From assembly GCA_965215885.1 (NCBI GenBank), contig CBDCEW010000083.1:1-64000 (forward strand): DNA of 64,000 bases, given 5' to 3'. Origin of the DNA: Candidatus Moanibacter sp. (lineage in GTDB: Bacteria; Verrucomicrobiota; Verrucomicrobiia; Opitutales; UBA2987). Shown one piece after another: positions 31,135 to 41,429 of this stretch. The notes beneath the pieces are model-generated. The model searched no databases, was not told the DNA's origin, and saw only the letters and a list, made by a program, of their open reading frames with translations. Each line of letters starts with the position of its first letter. Within the stretch, counting starts at the first letter, position 1. Made by a program: the position numbers and the translations under genes.

Positions 31135-31775
31135 ATCTCTCCTCCCGAGAATATTTTCAAATTGCCTCCATCAATATTAGCAAATAAGCTTATATCTTAG
31201 TAAAAGTTAAAGGAACTTTTTTCATTATGTCGCATTTAACCCCAAAAATAGTAAGCTTAATAGCTATCTAATAGTAGGACAATCCCCAAAAAACAGGGAC
31301 AGGCAATCTATTTGCTTCAGGGATTTCCGCGTTCGCAAGAACGTGGTCGCGGAACCCGAATCGACGAGATTTTTGGCAGAATCCTATATTTTCTCCCTTT
31401 GAAGTATCTCGTTCATTTATGAGATTGATCACTTTCCCTCCCCAAGCATCAAGATCCTCCCGCATCTGTCGGAATTATCTGCACTTCTTCCCAATGAAGG
31501 TGCTGCCAGGCTCTCCGATTCCCTCAGCTTCTCACCGATCAATTGAACGCTCCTCTTTCGCAGTGCGTGAACCATCATCCAGTGATACACAGCACTACGT
31601 CCATTAATTCTACATTCGATGTTAATACAAAACAGAATTAAGTATCATTCCTGGCAAAATAGGATAATAAGCCCTAATTCTTATCGTTTTCGTTTTCGAA
31701 AGGAAGATACGACAATGCCTGTTTTTACTGATAATCTTGCAACCCTGCGGGATGTGGTGTCCTCTGAGGAACAAA

Positions 31776-32657
31776 ATGAGAAAGCGGGTAAACCGAGCGG
31801 TCGAGCTGTTGGAACAGGATCAGCCTATCTATTACATTGGGTCCCATAGCGGTCATGTGCTGACTCGCGAGCAAGGCAAGGAGGACGCCTCGACCTGGGC
31901 GGACTACATCAACGTCGGGATGGAGCATGGGTCTTTCAATATGGGCGGACTGGACGAGTATATGGCAGGATTGATCGAAGGAGGACCCACACGCAGTGGG
32001 CATCGTACTCCGGCGATCATCGTGGAAGCGCCGGTGGAGGGTAGGACAAAGGAGATGATTCAATTCAACGCCTGGCAGTTTCGTCAGATTCTGGCCCGGG
32101 GCGTCCACGGAATTCTGCTCTGCCAGGCGGAGTCGCCGGCGGCGGTTCGCACCTTCGTGCAATCCTGCCGCTACCCCATCAACCGCCTCGGAGTGGGAAA
32201 GCGATTGGGAATCGGAACCCGTGGAGTCGGATCCGAGGGCTCGGCGGCGCCTGTCTGGGGATTGGACCGGGATGAGTACCTCGCTCGGGCGGATCCGTGG
32301 CCGCTCAATTCGGATGGAGAGTTGCTGTTGGGCCTCAAGATCGAATCGGCTGCTGCGATACCTCATATTGAAGATATTCTGGCCGTGCCTGGAATCGGCT
32401 TTGCGGAAATGGGGCCGGGTGATATGAGTCTTTCATTGGGCTATCGGCAGGTTCCACGACCTCTGCCAGAGGAGATGCTCAAAGCTCGCAGCCGGGTATT
32501 GGCGGCCTGCAAGGCGAATGGGGTCGCATTTCTTGAGGGTTCAGATCCAAAGAAGGTCAAGGAGCTTATAAAAGAAGGAGCAATGGTGATCGCCGGTGCG
32601 AAGGAAGAAACCGCAATTATCGGGCGAGAATTTACATCGCGGCAGATGCCGGTTTGA
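31776..32657 (+). CDS. HpcH/HpaI aldolase family protein
   Basis: MEHG, CRYP, GTRG, KIES, GPGDMSLSLG. Confidence 0.85.
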   Translation: MRKRVNRAVELLEQDQPIYYIGSHSGHVLTREQGKEDASTWADYINVGMEHGSFNMGGLDEYMAGLIEGGPTRSGHRTPAIIVEAPVEGRTKEMIQFNAWQFRQILARGVHGILLCQAESPAAVRTFVQSCRYPINRLGVGKRLGIGTRGVGSEGSAAPVWGLDRDEYLARADPWPLNSDGELLLGLKIESAAAIPHIEDILAVPGIGFAEMGPGDMSLSLGYRQVPRPLPEEMLKARSRVLAACKANGVAFLEGSDPKKVKELIKEGAMVIAGAKEETAIIGREFTSRQMPV

Positions 32658-32761
32658 GCAGTAATTCGGAATCTCAATCGCTAATCGAACTGCCAATAGT
32701 TTACGAAATCGGGATCAATAAAATCCTTAATGCGGCTTCTTAACAAGATCCTTAGATCTGA

Positions 32762-32893
32762 TCAATTTTCTCCCGCCAATATTCTGTCCCCACCAACGGT
32801 GGGCATCCGAAACAGTAACTCGATTACTGCCCAACGTTTCGGTTCAAGCTCATCGAGATACTCGTCTACCGAATCAGCTTTGCTCTGTACCAT
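32762..32893 (-). pseudogene. N-terminal fragment of a DUF1801/YdhG-like protein
   Basis: Hand translation MVQSKADSVDEYLDELEPKR...; ends after 43 aa. Confidence 0.45.
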
Positions 32894-33211
32894 CTGCGTT
32901 TCAAAAATGGTTAGGACCCAGATTACTTCCGCCAATCACGTTGAGGCGGTGAATTGATCGTTCAAGGAAAAGACTACGGTTGCGAGCACGTTTTCCTAAT
33001 GCGGCCATCGGGAAGAAGACCCGTGCGCATCAATGGCGTTTCAGGCAGACCGAGGGATACACTTAAATAATAGGCCTGACCCTGTCTCAACAGATTCGCC
33101 TCGACATGCAGCATCCAATCTACGAACCTCAGAGGAACCCCATGGCGGACGAAAGGAATGAGATAGGCGGACCGATCGACGGCACGCCTCGAGACAAACG
33201 CGGGTTCTGAA

Positions 33212-33967
33212 ATGAGTTCACCCAACAAGGTCGCAATCGTTACAGGAGCCGGATCCGGCATTGGCAAGCGGACATCGCTTGCTCTTCTGCGGGAGGGGTA
33301 TTCCGTTGTTCTGGCCGGTCGTCGCGTAGAGGCTTTGGAAATGACAGCTGAGGAGGCGTCAGCCGACTCGCGAGCGCTGGTGGTACCCACGGACGTTACG
33401 GATGTTGCCTCCGTTCGAGCCCTGTTCGCCAAAACAAAGGAGACCTTTGGTCGGCTCGACTTACTCTTTAATAATGCGGGAACCGGGGCGCCGCGAATAC
33501 TTCTGGAAGACCTGACCTACGAGCAATGGAAAGAGGTAGTTGAAACCAACCTGACCGGCACGTTCCTGTGCACCCAAGAAGCGTTCAAGATTATGAAAGA
33601 TCAGCAACCCAGGGGCGGGCGTATCATCAACAACGGCTCAGTATCGGCGCACGTGCCACGCGTAAACTCCTCGCCTTATGTGGCCACTAAGCATGCCATA
33701 ACGGGTCTGACGAAATCGACCTCTCTTGATGGACGCAAGTACAATATTGCGTGCGGGCAGATCGATATTGGCAACACGGCGACCGAAATGACCGAACGAA
33801 TGAAGAAGGGGGTTCCGCAGGCCAATGGATCTGTAACGGTTGAGCCAAGAATGGATACCGATGATGTGGCACGTGCTGTCATCTATATGGCAAGTCTTCC
33901 CCTGGGTGCGAATGTGCAGTTTATGACCGTCATGGCGACGAAGATGCCCTACATCGGACGAGGTTGA
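33212..33967 (+). CDS. SDR family oxidoreductase
   Basis: [24 protein letters not shown]. Confidence 0.93.
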   Translation: MSSPNKVAIVTGAGSGIGKRTSLALLREGYSVVLAGRRVEALEMTAEEASADSRALVVPTDVTDVASVRALFAKTKETFGRLDLLFNNAGTGAPRILLEDLTYEQWKEVVETNLTGTFLCTQEAFKIMKDQQPRGGRIINNGSVSAHVPRVNSSPYVATKHAITGLTKSTSLDGRKYNIACGQIDIGNTATEMTERMKKGVPQANGSVTVEPRMDTDDVARAVIYMASLPLGANVQFMTVMATKMPYIGRG

Positions 33968-34031
33968 CCACAACACCGGCTTTTGCATTCGCGTGTGAGA
34001 CCGGCCCTTCGGCAAGTTCGAAGCTAGGAAG

Positions 34032-34205
34032 ATGCAGATTACGGTCGGAAGGGATCTCGCCGTTACCCAGAATTATGAGAAGGGAGAGAATACCGATGAG
34101 GAAGGAAAAATCCGGAAAGTTTCAATTCGTGCGACCAACGTATATCGGAAAGAGGACGGAGAGTGGAAAATGATCGGGCATCACACCGATTTGTTGCCGT
34201 TTTAG
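34032..34205 (+). pseudogene. C-terminal fragment of a SnoaL/NTF2-like (YybH-type) protein
   Basis: Hand translation ...IRATNVYRKEDGEWKMIGHHTD; N-terminal half missing. Confidence 0.6.
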
Positions 34206-34813
34206 GGAACTAAAGCCTCGAGCATCCGCTTGAGGGCTAGCATACCGGGATCATCGCGGCCGATTGTCTTCTCCCCGAAAATCCGGGCCCGGCCCACTTT
34301 GCAGGGCTGATCTCGAAATTGGTCCAGGGCTTGATCAACCGCCTTATTGGCCTGTTCGATCATGGCGCCGGGATCGGAGTGTCCGGTTATCGCCTTACCG
34401 ACCGAATCCAGAGCATCGAGGATTGTCTTGTCACCCAGTCGGGCCTGACTTCGCTTCGACATGCCCGCCACCGCCTCGACTACCAGGTCACCCGTTTCAC
34501 TCCATGCCACCTCCGTCCGCCCTCTGGTCTTCCTGGCCGCGGCCATAAGACCAGTTGCCAGCAACGTCCCTAGGGTGGATCCGGACACTCGCGTAAAAGC
34601 CTGGGCACATTTCATGAAGGCCATACCCAAATCCTCCGGAAGGTTCGGTAAATCGTCCTTTAATGATCGCGTGCCCCGAACCATCGTTACCCCGAGGTCG
34701 CCATCGCCAATAGCGCCGTCTGCCCGGTTGAGCTCATCGGCCACCGTCTCAATGTGCTCGATGATCTTCCCAAAACCAGTACGCAAGCTCGCCGTAGTAA
34801 GCCCTTTGCTCAT
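34202..34813 (-). CDS. dhaL: Dihydroxyacetone kinase-family L subunit
   Basis: LNRADGAIGDGDLG, GDKTILD, GRA, DPG; TGATG-coupled to dhaK. Confidence 0.88.
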   Translation of the reverse strand: MSKGLTTASLRTGFGKIIEHIETVADELNRADGAIGDGDLGVTMVRGTRSLKDDLPNLPEDLGMAFMKCAQAFTRVSGSTLGTLLATGLMAAARKTRGRTEVAWSETGDLVVEAVAGMSKRSQARLGDKTILDALDSVGKAITGHSDPGAMIEQANKAVDQALDQFRDQPCKVGRARIFGEKTIGRDDPGMLALKRMLEALVP

Positions 34814-35814
34814 CACACGACTCTCCAGTGCGGACAATCGCAAGGTGCCTTCAAAAGTTCCTCCAACTCATCGTCCAGCACAATCAGCGAAATCGAGTGG
34901 CCCGTCATCTCCATCGATGTGCAGTAACGGCCGACCAGCGGTTCGACAATCGAAACCCCCCGATCTCTCAGCTGGGCGGCGACATACCGGTAGACGATAT
35001 AAAGTTCCTCGAGCGGAGTCGCACCAAGGCTATTACAGAGGACCGACACACGGTCTCCTCCACTCAAAGCGATGTCGCTCAGGATCATATCGAGCATCTC
35101 AGCCGAGATCTCATCGGCCGAACGCAGCGCGCCCCGGCGGACACCCGGCTCACCGTGTATGCCCATGCCGATTTCCATTTCGTCTTCACCGAGTTCGAAG
35201 GTCGGTTTCCCCGCCGCCGGAACGATACAAGGGGTGAGGGCGACGCCGGCCGTTCTCATCGAGTCGACTGCCTTCCGTGCGACTTCCGCCACTTCATCGA
35301 GCGATCCTCCCGCCTTGGCCTTGGCCCCGGCAACCTTATAGGCGTAGATGATACCGGCGATTCCCCGCCGCTTGTCCCGTTCGTCGGGTCCGCCACTGGC
35401 GACATCATCACACCCGCGCACGGTGCGGGTTTCGATATCCTCCATTTCGAGCATTTCGGCGGCCATATCGAAATTCATATTGTCGCCACTGTAATTGCCG
35501 TAGAGGAGCAAGACACCCTTGCCCCCGTTGGCTCGCCGGGTAGCCTCCGCCATTTGTTCCACATTAGGTGACGAGAACACGTCCCCGATGGCGCAGGCAT
35601 CGAGCAACCCATCTCCCACATAACCGGTGAAGACCGGTAGGTGCCCCGAGCCCCCTCCGGAGACGAGACCCACCTTTCCTTCCACGGGTGAACCCGGACG
35701 CACAATTACGCGATTCTCGGGGCCACAGCGCTCATAATGGGCAGGATGCGCATCACACATCCCTTCGAGCATTTCATCTACATAAGCCAGCGGTTCGTTC
35801 AGGATCTTTTTCAT
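34813..35814 (-). CDS. dhaK: Dihydroxyacetone kinase-family K subunit
   Basis: SGGGSGH, NYSGD, GMGIHGEPG, TSMEM. Confidence 0.92.
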   Translation of the reverse strand: MKKILNEPLAYVDEMLEGMCDAHPAHYERCGPENRVIVRPGSPVEGKVGLVSGGGSGHLPVFTGYVGDGLLDACAIGDVFSSPNVEQMAEATRRANGGKGVLLLYGNYSGDNMNFDMAAEMLEMEDIETRTVRGCDDVASGGPDERDKRRGIAGIIYAYKVAGAKAKAGGSLDEVAEVARKAVDSMRTAGVALTPCIVPAAGKPTFELGEDEMEIGMGIHGEPGVRRGALRSADEISAEMLDMILSDIALSGGDRVSVLCNSLGATPLEELYIVYRYVAAQLRDRGVSIVEPLVGRYCTSMEMTGHSISLIVLDDELEELLKAPCDCPHWRVV

Positions 35815-36167
35815 ACTGTTTTGACAAGGTTTGAAATTATCTCGTTATGTATCGAACTTACGTCAGCGACCGGAAAATGGAAAGTAAATTCGAGGCTGCG
35901 TGCGAGGCGTGCCACAGGGCCAACATCTCATCGAATCTCCTGTTTCGTTCTCTGCGACCCACCCATAACCCCTCCCAGGGATCTGTTCGTTTAGAGGCTC
36001 GTTTACCGAATTCCCCTCCTGGTACGTGTTTAGCGTGCTTTTGATTGCTGGCTGCCCCAGGTCTTGTGCCCATCGTTCTGAATTTCGGTTGGCACGCAAA
36101 TTGCGTGGAGTTCTCTGGTTAGAGCATGAAGAAAATGGGGAGCAGAGGGAGGGCACTGGAGTCGTTG

Positions 36168-37986
36168 TCAGGAGGCAATCCGATGGGGTTGCGGGTTTAA
36201 GGATTGATCCTGGCGATTACAGACTTCGAAGAGTTCCTCAAGGAAGTTTTCTTTTCGCAGGAGCTTTTTGGGCAATCGACCCACGGCGAGGGTTTTTCTG
36301 TTCGCCCGCCAGTGACTGAAGGGGGGTGCTTTCTGTGCAGCCTGGGCAAGCTTTTGGGGCAGATTATCGATACTGCCTAAAACCAGCTCCACATAGCGGG
36401 GATTGTGTAAGTTGGCCAGGAGCATGTATTCTTCGGGGAGCGCTTCAAAGTCGCGCGTCAGATTTTTGCGCCCGTGGGTTTGACGGCGTTTGCGCTTGGA
36501 GGTGCGCCAGGTGCCTTCCAGCTCATTGGTCGTGCGTACGCTGTCTGGATGGGCCGGTGGGGGAAGCAGCCGCTGCCAGTATTTGTCCAGATGAGTGACC
36601 ACGGTGCGGTAGAGTTTGGCTTTCGAGGGGTTGGTCAGGGAGGCGCCTTTTTGGCGATATTGGGCACGCAGCAACTGGAGAGCCTCGGTGAGCTCAGCGG
36701 CTTGTCCTGCTTGCAACAGATAAGGGTCGCTTAAAGGGCAGGGGCCGCTGGCGCTGAGCCAAAGGGCATCGCGCAAAGCGCTGAAAATGCAAAAAGCGTT
36801 TTCATAGATAGTAGCGGCTTCGATGACGAGGGCATCAGCCAGATACTGCTTCAACCCGGTCGAAAGATGAAAGAAGCTTCGCAGAACAGAGCAACTGGCA
36901 GGAGCGCGGGCAAGCCACTGCTCCAGGGCGGCATGGGCGCGCACGACCCGCCGATGCCAATAAAGCAGGTAAGGATCGAAGGGAAAGCCCTTGGCGGTGA
37001 CCGTCGCAGGGATAATCCAAAATCCACAATTGCAGGGCCATGAGCAGTTCCCGTGCAAGGGTGGGATCGAAGGGCACTGCGAGCGCTTTGGCGGTGAGCA
37101 AATCGGCCAGGACGAGGGCGTGTTTTTCACGGAGGGCGTCACGGAGCTTTGCGGTGATGTGTTTGCGTTGCTCGCGCATGCGCTCCATGAGCTTCAATTG
37201 CCGCAAGCGCCCGTTGAGCATCTGCTGGGGTTTTCGATAAAGCTGTTCGCCCACATTGCGGGCGAAATGATAATGGCAGACGCCATGGGGGGCCTGGAAG
37301 GTTTCGCTCTCGCAGGCCTTGCTGATCTGAGCGCTTAAATCATGATAGACATGGTGGGGTTGGCCAAAAGCCCGGGCCGCCCGGGCAAAACAGCCACTGA
37401 TCGTTTCGCTCTGTTCGGAAGGCATTTTCCAGCTGCCCAAAAGGATCCCTTCGTCGGCTTCCTGAACAGCGAAGAAAACCGGCGTCTGCGGTTCCACGGT
37501 CCCATCCACCAGCCAGCGCAGGCAAGGGCGAGCGCTCAGGTAATCTTTAAGCACCGGAGCGGCCGCGGCGTGCAGCCGACCCAGATAAAAAAGAAACTTC
37601 TGCTGCATCTCATAGAGGCTGCTTTGAGCAATCTGCAGCTGCCCCGGGCCCTCGCGCAGTTCCCTGTGCACCTCTTTGAGGGTGGCGCTTTCGCACAAAC
37701 ATCGCTTGCCCACATAGGCAATCAGATCGTAAGCGTAGCGACTATGCGAGGGCACGATCTGTTCCAGGCGAGCAGAACGGTAGCTGTTGCGGTGGCTCCC
37801 TTGCCCCTGCTCGCGCACAACTTCCACCGCCTGGAAGCATCCATAGGAGAAACTGACCACCTTGCGGCGCAGGGTCTTGCGCACCTCTGAAGGACCCTCT
37901 TCGTCCTCCCGGGCATCGAAGCGATAACTCGTTTGCGCAGGCACAGCCCCCACCGTTTGCAGGGCCCGTTCAGCCTCTGCCCGCAA
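36168..37986 (-). pseudogene. Transposase catalytic region, frameshifted at ~36989
   Basis: VDGT, HDLS, CHYHFAR, RTTNELE (MULE/ISL3-like DDE segments); LDYPCDGHRQG continues as GFPFDPY in another frame. Confidence 0.75.
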
Positions 37987-37987
37987 A

Positions 37988-38740
37988 TCATGTAACAGCT
38001 CCGCTACCGCGATCGTTCCGGTTTTTTTTGAGCGAGTAAAACGCCATCACCCGCTCAATTTGCTCCCCGCTCAGCTCTACTCCCTGCTCTTGCATAAGCT
38101 CGACAAGCTCCTTGACCCCGGCCTCGGGATGGCCGATACAGGCGACCAGCAAAGCGATCACGACCATCGTTTCGAGCCCTTCGGGAGCTGCCTGCAAAGC
38201 GCCCCCGGGGTCCCCTGCCTGAACTTGTGCCGCTGTTCTTCGCCCTTGCCGCCGCTTTTTCTGTTCGGCCCCGCCCTGTTCCCCGGCCGAGACATACACG
38301 CAGTGACGCCCTTCATAGTATCGACTCAACCGCTTCTTTCTACAAAGCACGCTTATGGGGTTGTGCACCCGTACCCCAAGGAGGGTCTCCAACTCAGCCA
38401 CCGTGTAGCCGCAAAGCGAAGCTCCCACCACCGCCTCCACGGTCTCCTCCAAGGTGCCGTGGCGCGAAAAGCGCCCCTTGCGAAAACGCCACAAACCGGC
38501 CCCGTCAAAGCGCGGAATGTCTTTCAAGCTCAGGTAGCCACAATTGGCATTGTAACTGGAGTAATGGCCATATTTTTGCAAAGCCCGATAGACCGTTCGC
38601 CGCGACACCCTCTGCTCCTTCATCAGCCTCCACACCGTGCTTACCCGATCCCGCCGTACCGCTTCGACCACCTCCCTCTCTTTACGCGAAAGCTCTTCTT
38701 GCATGCACCGGCACAGTATGGAAAGGAGGCAAAACTGCAA
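37988..38740 (-). CDS. IS-associated N-terminal ORF (HTH-like)
   Basis: SRRTVYRAL, SYN, GLWRF, FSRHGTL; ends at an A8 run (SLKKN); start uncertain. Confidence 0.7.
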   Translation of the reverse strand: MQFCLLSILCRCMQEELSRKEREVVEAVRRDRVSTVWRLMKEQRVSRRTVYRALQKYGHYSSYNANCGYLSLKDIPRFDGAGLWRFRKGRFSRHGTLEETVEAVVGASLCGYTVAELETLLGVRVHNPISVLCRKKRLSRYYEGRHCVYVSAGEQGGAEQKKRRQGRRTAAQVQAGDPGGALQAAPEGLETMVVIALLVACIGHPEAGVKELVELMQEQGVELSGEQIERVMAFYSLKKNRNDRGSGAVT

Positions 38741-39146
38741 ACTTTACTTTACATACAATGCCAATACCAACTTTCTCCAGCTCCCTTCGCTTCTACTCAA
38801 TTGCCACCAGAAATCAACTCCCCGTTCAAAGCGCTTTTGTAACTGATTAATACTCAACAAGTTTCTAACTGAAAACAAACCTGCAGGAAAAGCTCTCTAC
38901 CTCTAACGAACCCACACACAACAATCGTTGAAACTCCATTCTGGCATACTATGTAATCAATAGAATCTTGCAAGTGCCTGAATAACATTTACTTTGGGTT
39001 CTCCAACCCAATTTCGTAATTATGGGTCTTGTGCCGGGGTGGAGCGCGTTTCTTGCTACACACCGGGTACCTCTACCTCGCTAAGATTCGGACGAGGCGT
39101 GGCAACCTTCTCTTGACCTGTCTACTTTGCGTAGATTGTTTCCAGT

Positions 39147-40358
39147 GTGAAAGTCTCAATGGACGCGGTTCTTTATAAAATTCCCGGCGTGGAATGGCAA
39201 CGGCTAGGCGGTATGTCCTTGCTGGAGCGCAACCTCAGACTTCTCGACGCGGCCGGCGTAAAGAGAGCGCTTGTCCTGGTCCCTCCAGGTGACCGGGCAC
39301 CGTCACTTTCGATACCACGGCCATTACATCTCGATCGGCATACCTTCAACATCGCCGCGGATGAGAAGGATCTTCTATCTCTCCTACTCGATCTCGGCCG
39401 GCACGACCTCGGCACTTTCCTATTTTACAATGCGAATTTGCTCATCGATCCACGATTGATCGAAACTCTCCGAAACCGCAACGCACCCTGTTTATTGGTT
39501 GAAGGTCAGGCGGAAAGGTCCAATCCAGTATGGCAGGTCGGGCTGTTCGATCCTCAACACCTGGTAGCGTCCGAAGACTTACTCAACATAGCTGATAGGA
39601 TGGGAACTGATGAAGTATCGCATTACGACCCCGAAGTCAGGGGTGATGTTGTGCCCTATTGCGAGAAGATTGACAGTGCGGCTTCGGCCAGGCTCGGCTG
39701 GCGCCTTCTCATCAAACGCGCCCAGAAAAGGCCCGGCGATTTTATCGAGAAATACGTCCATCCCGAAATTCAGAACTGGACGGTGAAAAGCATATGCAAC
39801 ACGCCCATCACTCCAAACCAAATCAGCTTTCTAGTGGTTGTAAGTGCGTCTGCCGCAGCAGTTTTCTTCTACATCGGTTCTTTCTTCCTGGCCTGGTTTG
39901 CCGCCTTTGTTGCTACCGTTCTGGACGGAGTCGACGGCAAACTCGCGCGAGTGAAGCTGATGACCTCAAAGGTCGGAAAACTTGAACACGTCTTCGACTA
40001 TTTCTATGAAAATGCATGGTACCTATGTCTGGCGGCACATTTAGCGCAGTGGCACGGATTTTTCGCCTGGAAAGTGGGTTTGGCTGTGACGGCATGCGAC
40101 ACGGCAAACAAAATAATCGGTGGTCTTTTCGGGAAGTATACCGGCAAGACACTCGATGAGATGTCTCAATTTGACCGTGATTTTCGTCTCATCGGAGGGA
40201 GACGGAGCATCTACATCTTCATCCTCCTTATCGGCTTCCTCTTCCAAGCGCCCTTTCCGGCATTTCAGGTGGTTCTCCTCTGGGCTGCATTTACCGTCAC
40301 CGTACAAGCGTGCCGCGCCGTATACCACGCCCTTGAAACGAACTCGCCGGCAGCCTGA
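39147..40358 (+). CDS. CDP-alcohol phosphatidyltransferase-family protein with a degenerate N-terminal NTP-transferase-like domain
   Basis: ITPNQIS, LDGVDGKLAR...G..E...D, several TM helices; N-terminal LGGMSLLERNLR.L..AG lacks the AAGxGxR motif. Confidence 0.85.
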   Translation: MKVSMDAVLYKIPGVEWQRLGGMSLLERNLRLLDAAGVKRALVLVPPGDRAPSLSIPRPLHLDRHTFNIAADEKDLLSLLLDLGRHDLGTFLFYNANLLIDPRLIETLRNRNAPCLLVEGQAERSNPVWQVGLFDPQHLVASEDLLNIADRMGTDEVSHYDPEVRGDVVPYCEKIDSAASARLGWRLLIKRAQKRPGDFIEKYVHPEIQNWTVKSICNTPITPNQISFLVVVSASAAAVFFYIGSFFLAWFAAFVATVLDGVDGKLARVKLMTSKVGKLEHVFDYFYENAWYLCLAAHLAQWHGFFAWKVGLAVTACDTANKIIGGLFGKYTGKTLDEMSQFDRDFRLIGGRRSIYIFILLIGFLFQAPFPAFQVVLLWAAFTVTVQACRAVYHALETNSPAA

Positions 40359-40418
40359 CGGGCTTCGCTTCCCAGAGATTTCATGCCAACCAACTGGGCG
40401 GCATCCCCAATCACCTGG

Positions 40419-41250
40419 GTGTCATTGCGAGGAGGAACGACGAAGCAATCCACGATTCCGATGTGCCTAAAAACGCTCCTCGGGAAATCGCGAGAAAACG
40501 ATCACGATTAAGGCGCAGTGATCGATTCGGCTGAAAATGGCCCACATTCTTTCCCTGCGGTGATCGATCGTTGAAACACGAATTCTCGACCGAACCTCTA
40601 CTCGATCAGCAGGCACGACTCACTGACAAGCACAGTGGGATGGGGCGGAGCCCACAGTGGGAGAAATCCTAAGATTATTCGAAGGCCGAATGCCTGGATT
40701 GCTTCGTCATTCTTCCTCGCAATGATATGTTTTGCGTAGTGCAGCGAGCGGATGAATCATGACTTGGATTTGATCTAAATTAGGTCCGACGGATTTCCGG
40801 ACTAGAGTCGTGCCGAACCGACGATCTACCTAACGGAATTGTCTTGCCCCAAGACCATTAGGCTGGAAATTCGTGTCATTGCGAGAAGGAACGACGAAGC
40901 AATCCGCGATTCCGATCAGCCGAAATGCTTCTCGGAAAATCGCGAGAAAACGATCATGATTAAGGAGCAGTGATCGATTCGGCTGAATATGGCCCATGTC
41001 CTTTCCTTGCGGTGCGCGATCGTTGAAACACGAATTCTCGACCGAACCTCTATTCGATCAGCAGGCACGACTCACTGACAAGCACAGTGGGATGGGGCGG
41101 AGCCCACAGTGGGAGAAATCTTAAGGCTATTCGTAGGCCGAATGCCTGGATTGCTTCGTCATTCTTCCTCGCAATGACAAGCTTCGTAGAGTGTGGCGAG
41201 TGGATGAATCATGACTTGAATTTGATCCGCCGTAAGTCCGACAGATTCCC
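40419..41250 (+). repeat. Tandem duplication of a ~380-bp REP-bounded non-coding unit
   Basis: 40419-40798 and 40873-41250 are highly similar along their length. Confidence 0.9.
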
Positions 41251-41252
41251 AA

Positions 41253-41429
41253 CCCGGACATTTCACACACATCGTAGGGAGGCCGCGTAGATTGCTGCGG
41301 ATCAAGGCCTTTTCGCAGTCCGGCGGGCGACAGCGTGTTGGAACCCCCTGAGGTCGCCGGACAAGGGAAGGCTTTGAGGCGCAGTGAGATCCGCGGTCGC
41401 AGCAGATGGTTTGTGAAATGTTCGGGCTA
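41253..41429. mobile_element. MITE (~176 bp), copy 1
   Basis: TIR CCCGGACATTTCACA / TGTGAAATGTTCGGG; second copy at 55263-55443. Confidence 0.8.

Larger units (their letters stand above)
35985..38911 (-). mobile_element. Putative insertion sequence with a multi-frame transposase
   Basis: Terminal IR GTTCGTTTAGAGG (35985) / CCTCTAACGAAC (38900-38911); three consecutive minus-strand ORFs; no TSD seen. Confidence 0.65.

Noticed and set aside
40419..41250. DGR template/variable repeat pair
   Set aside because: Both copies are non-coding, mismatches are not adenine-specific, and no reverse transcriptase is present
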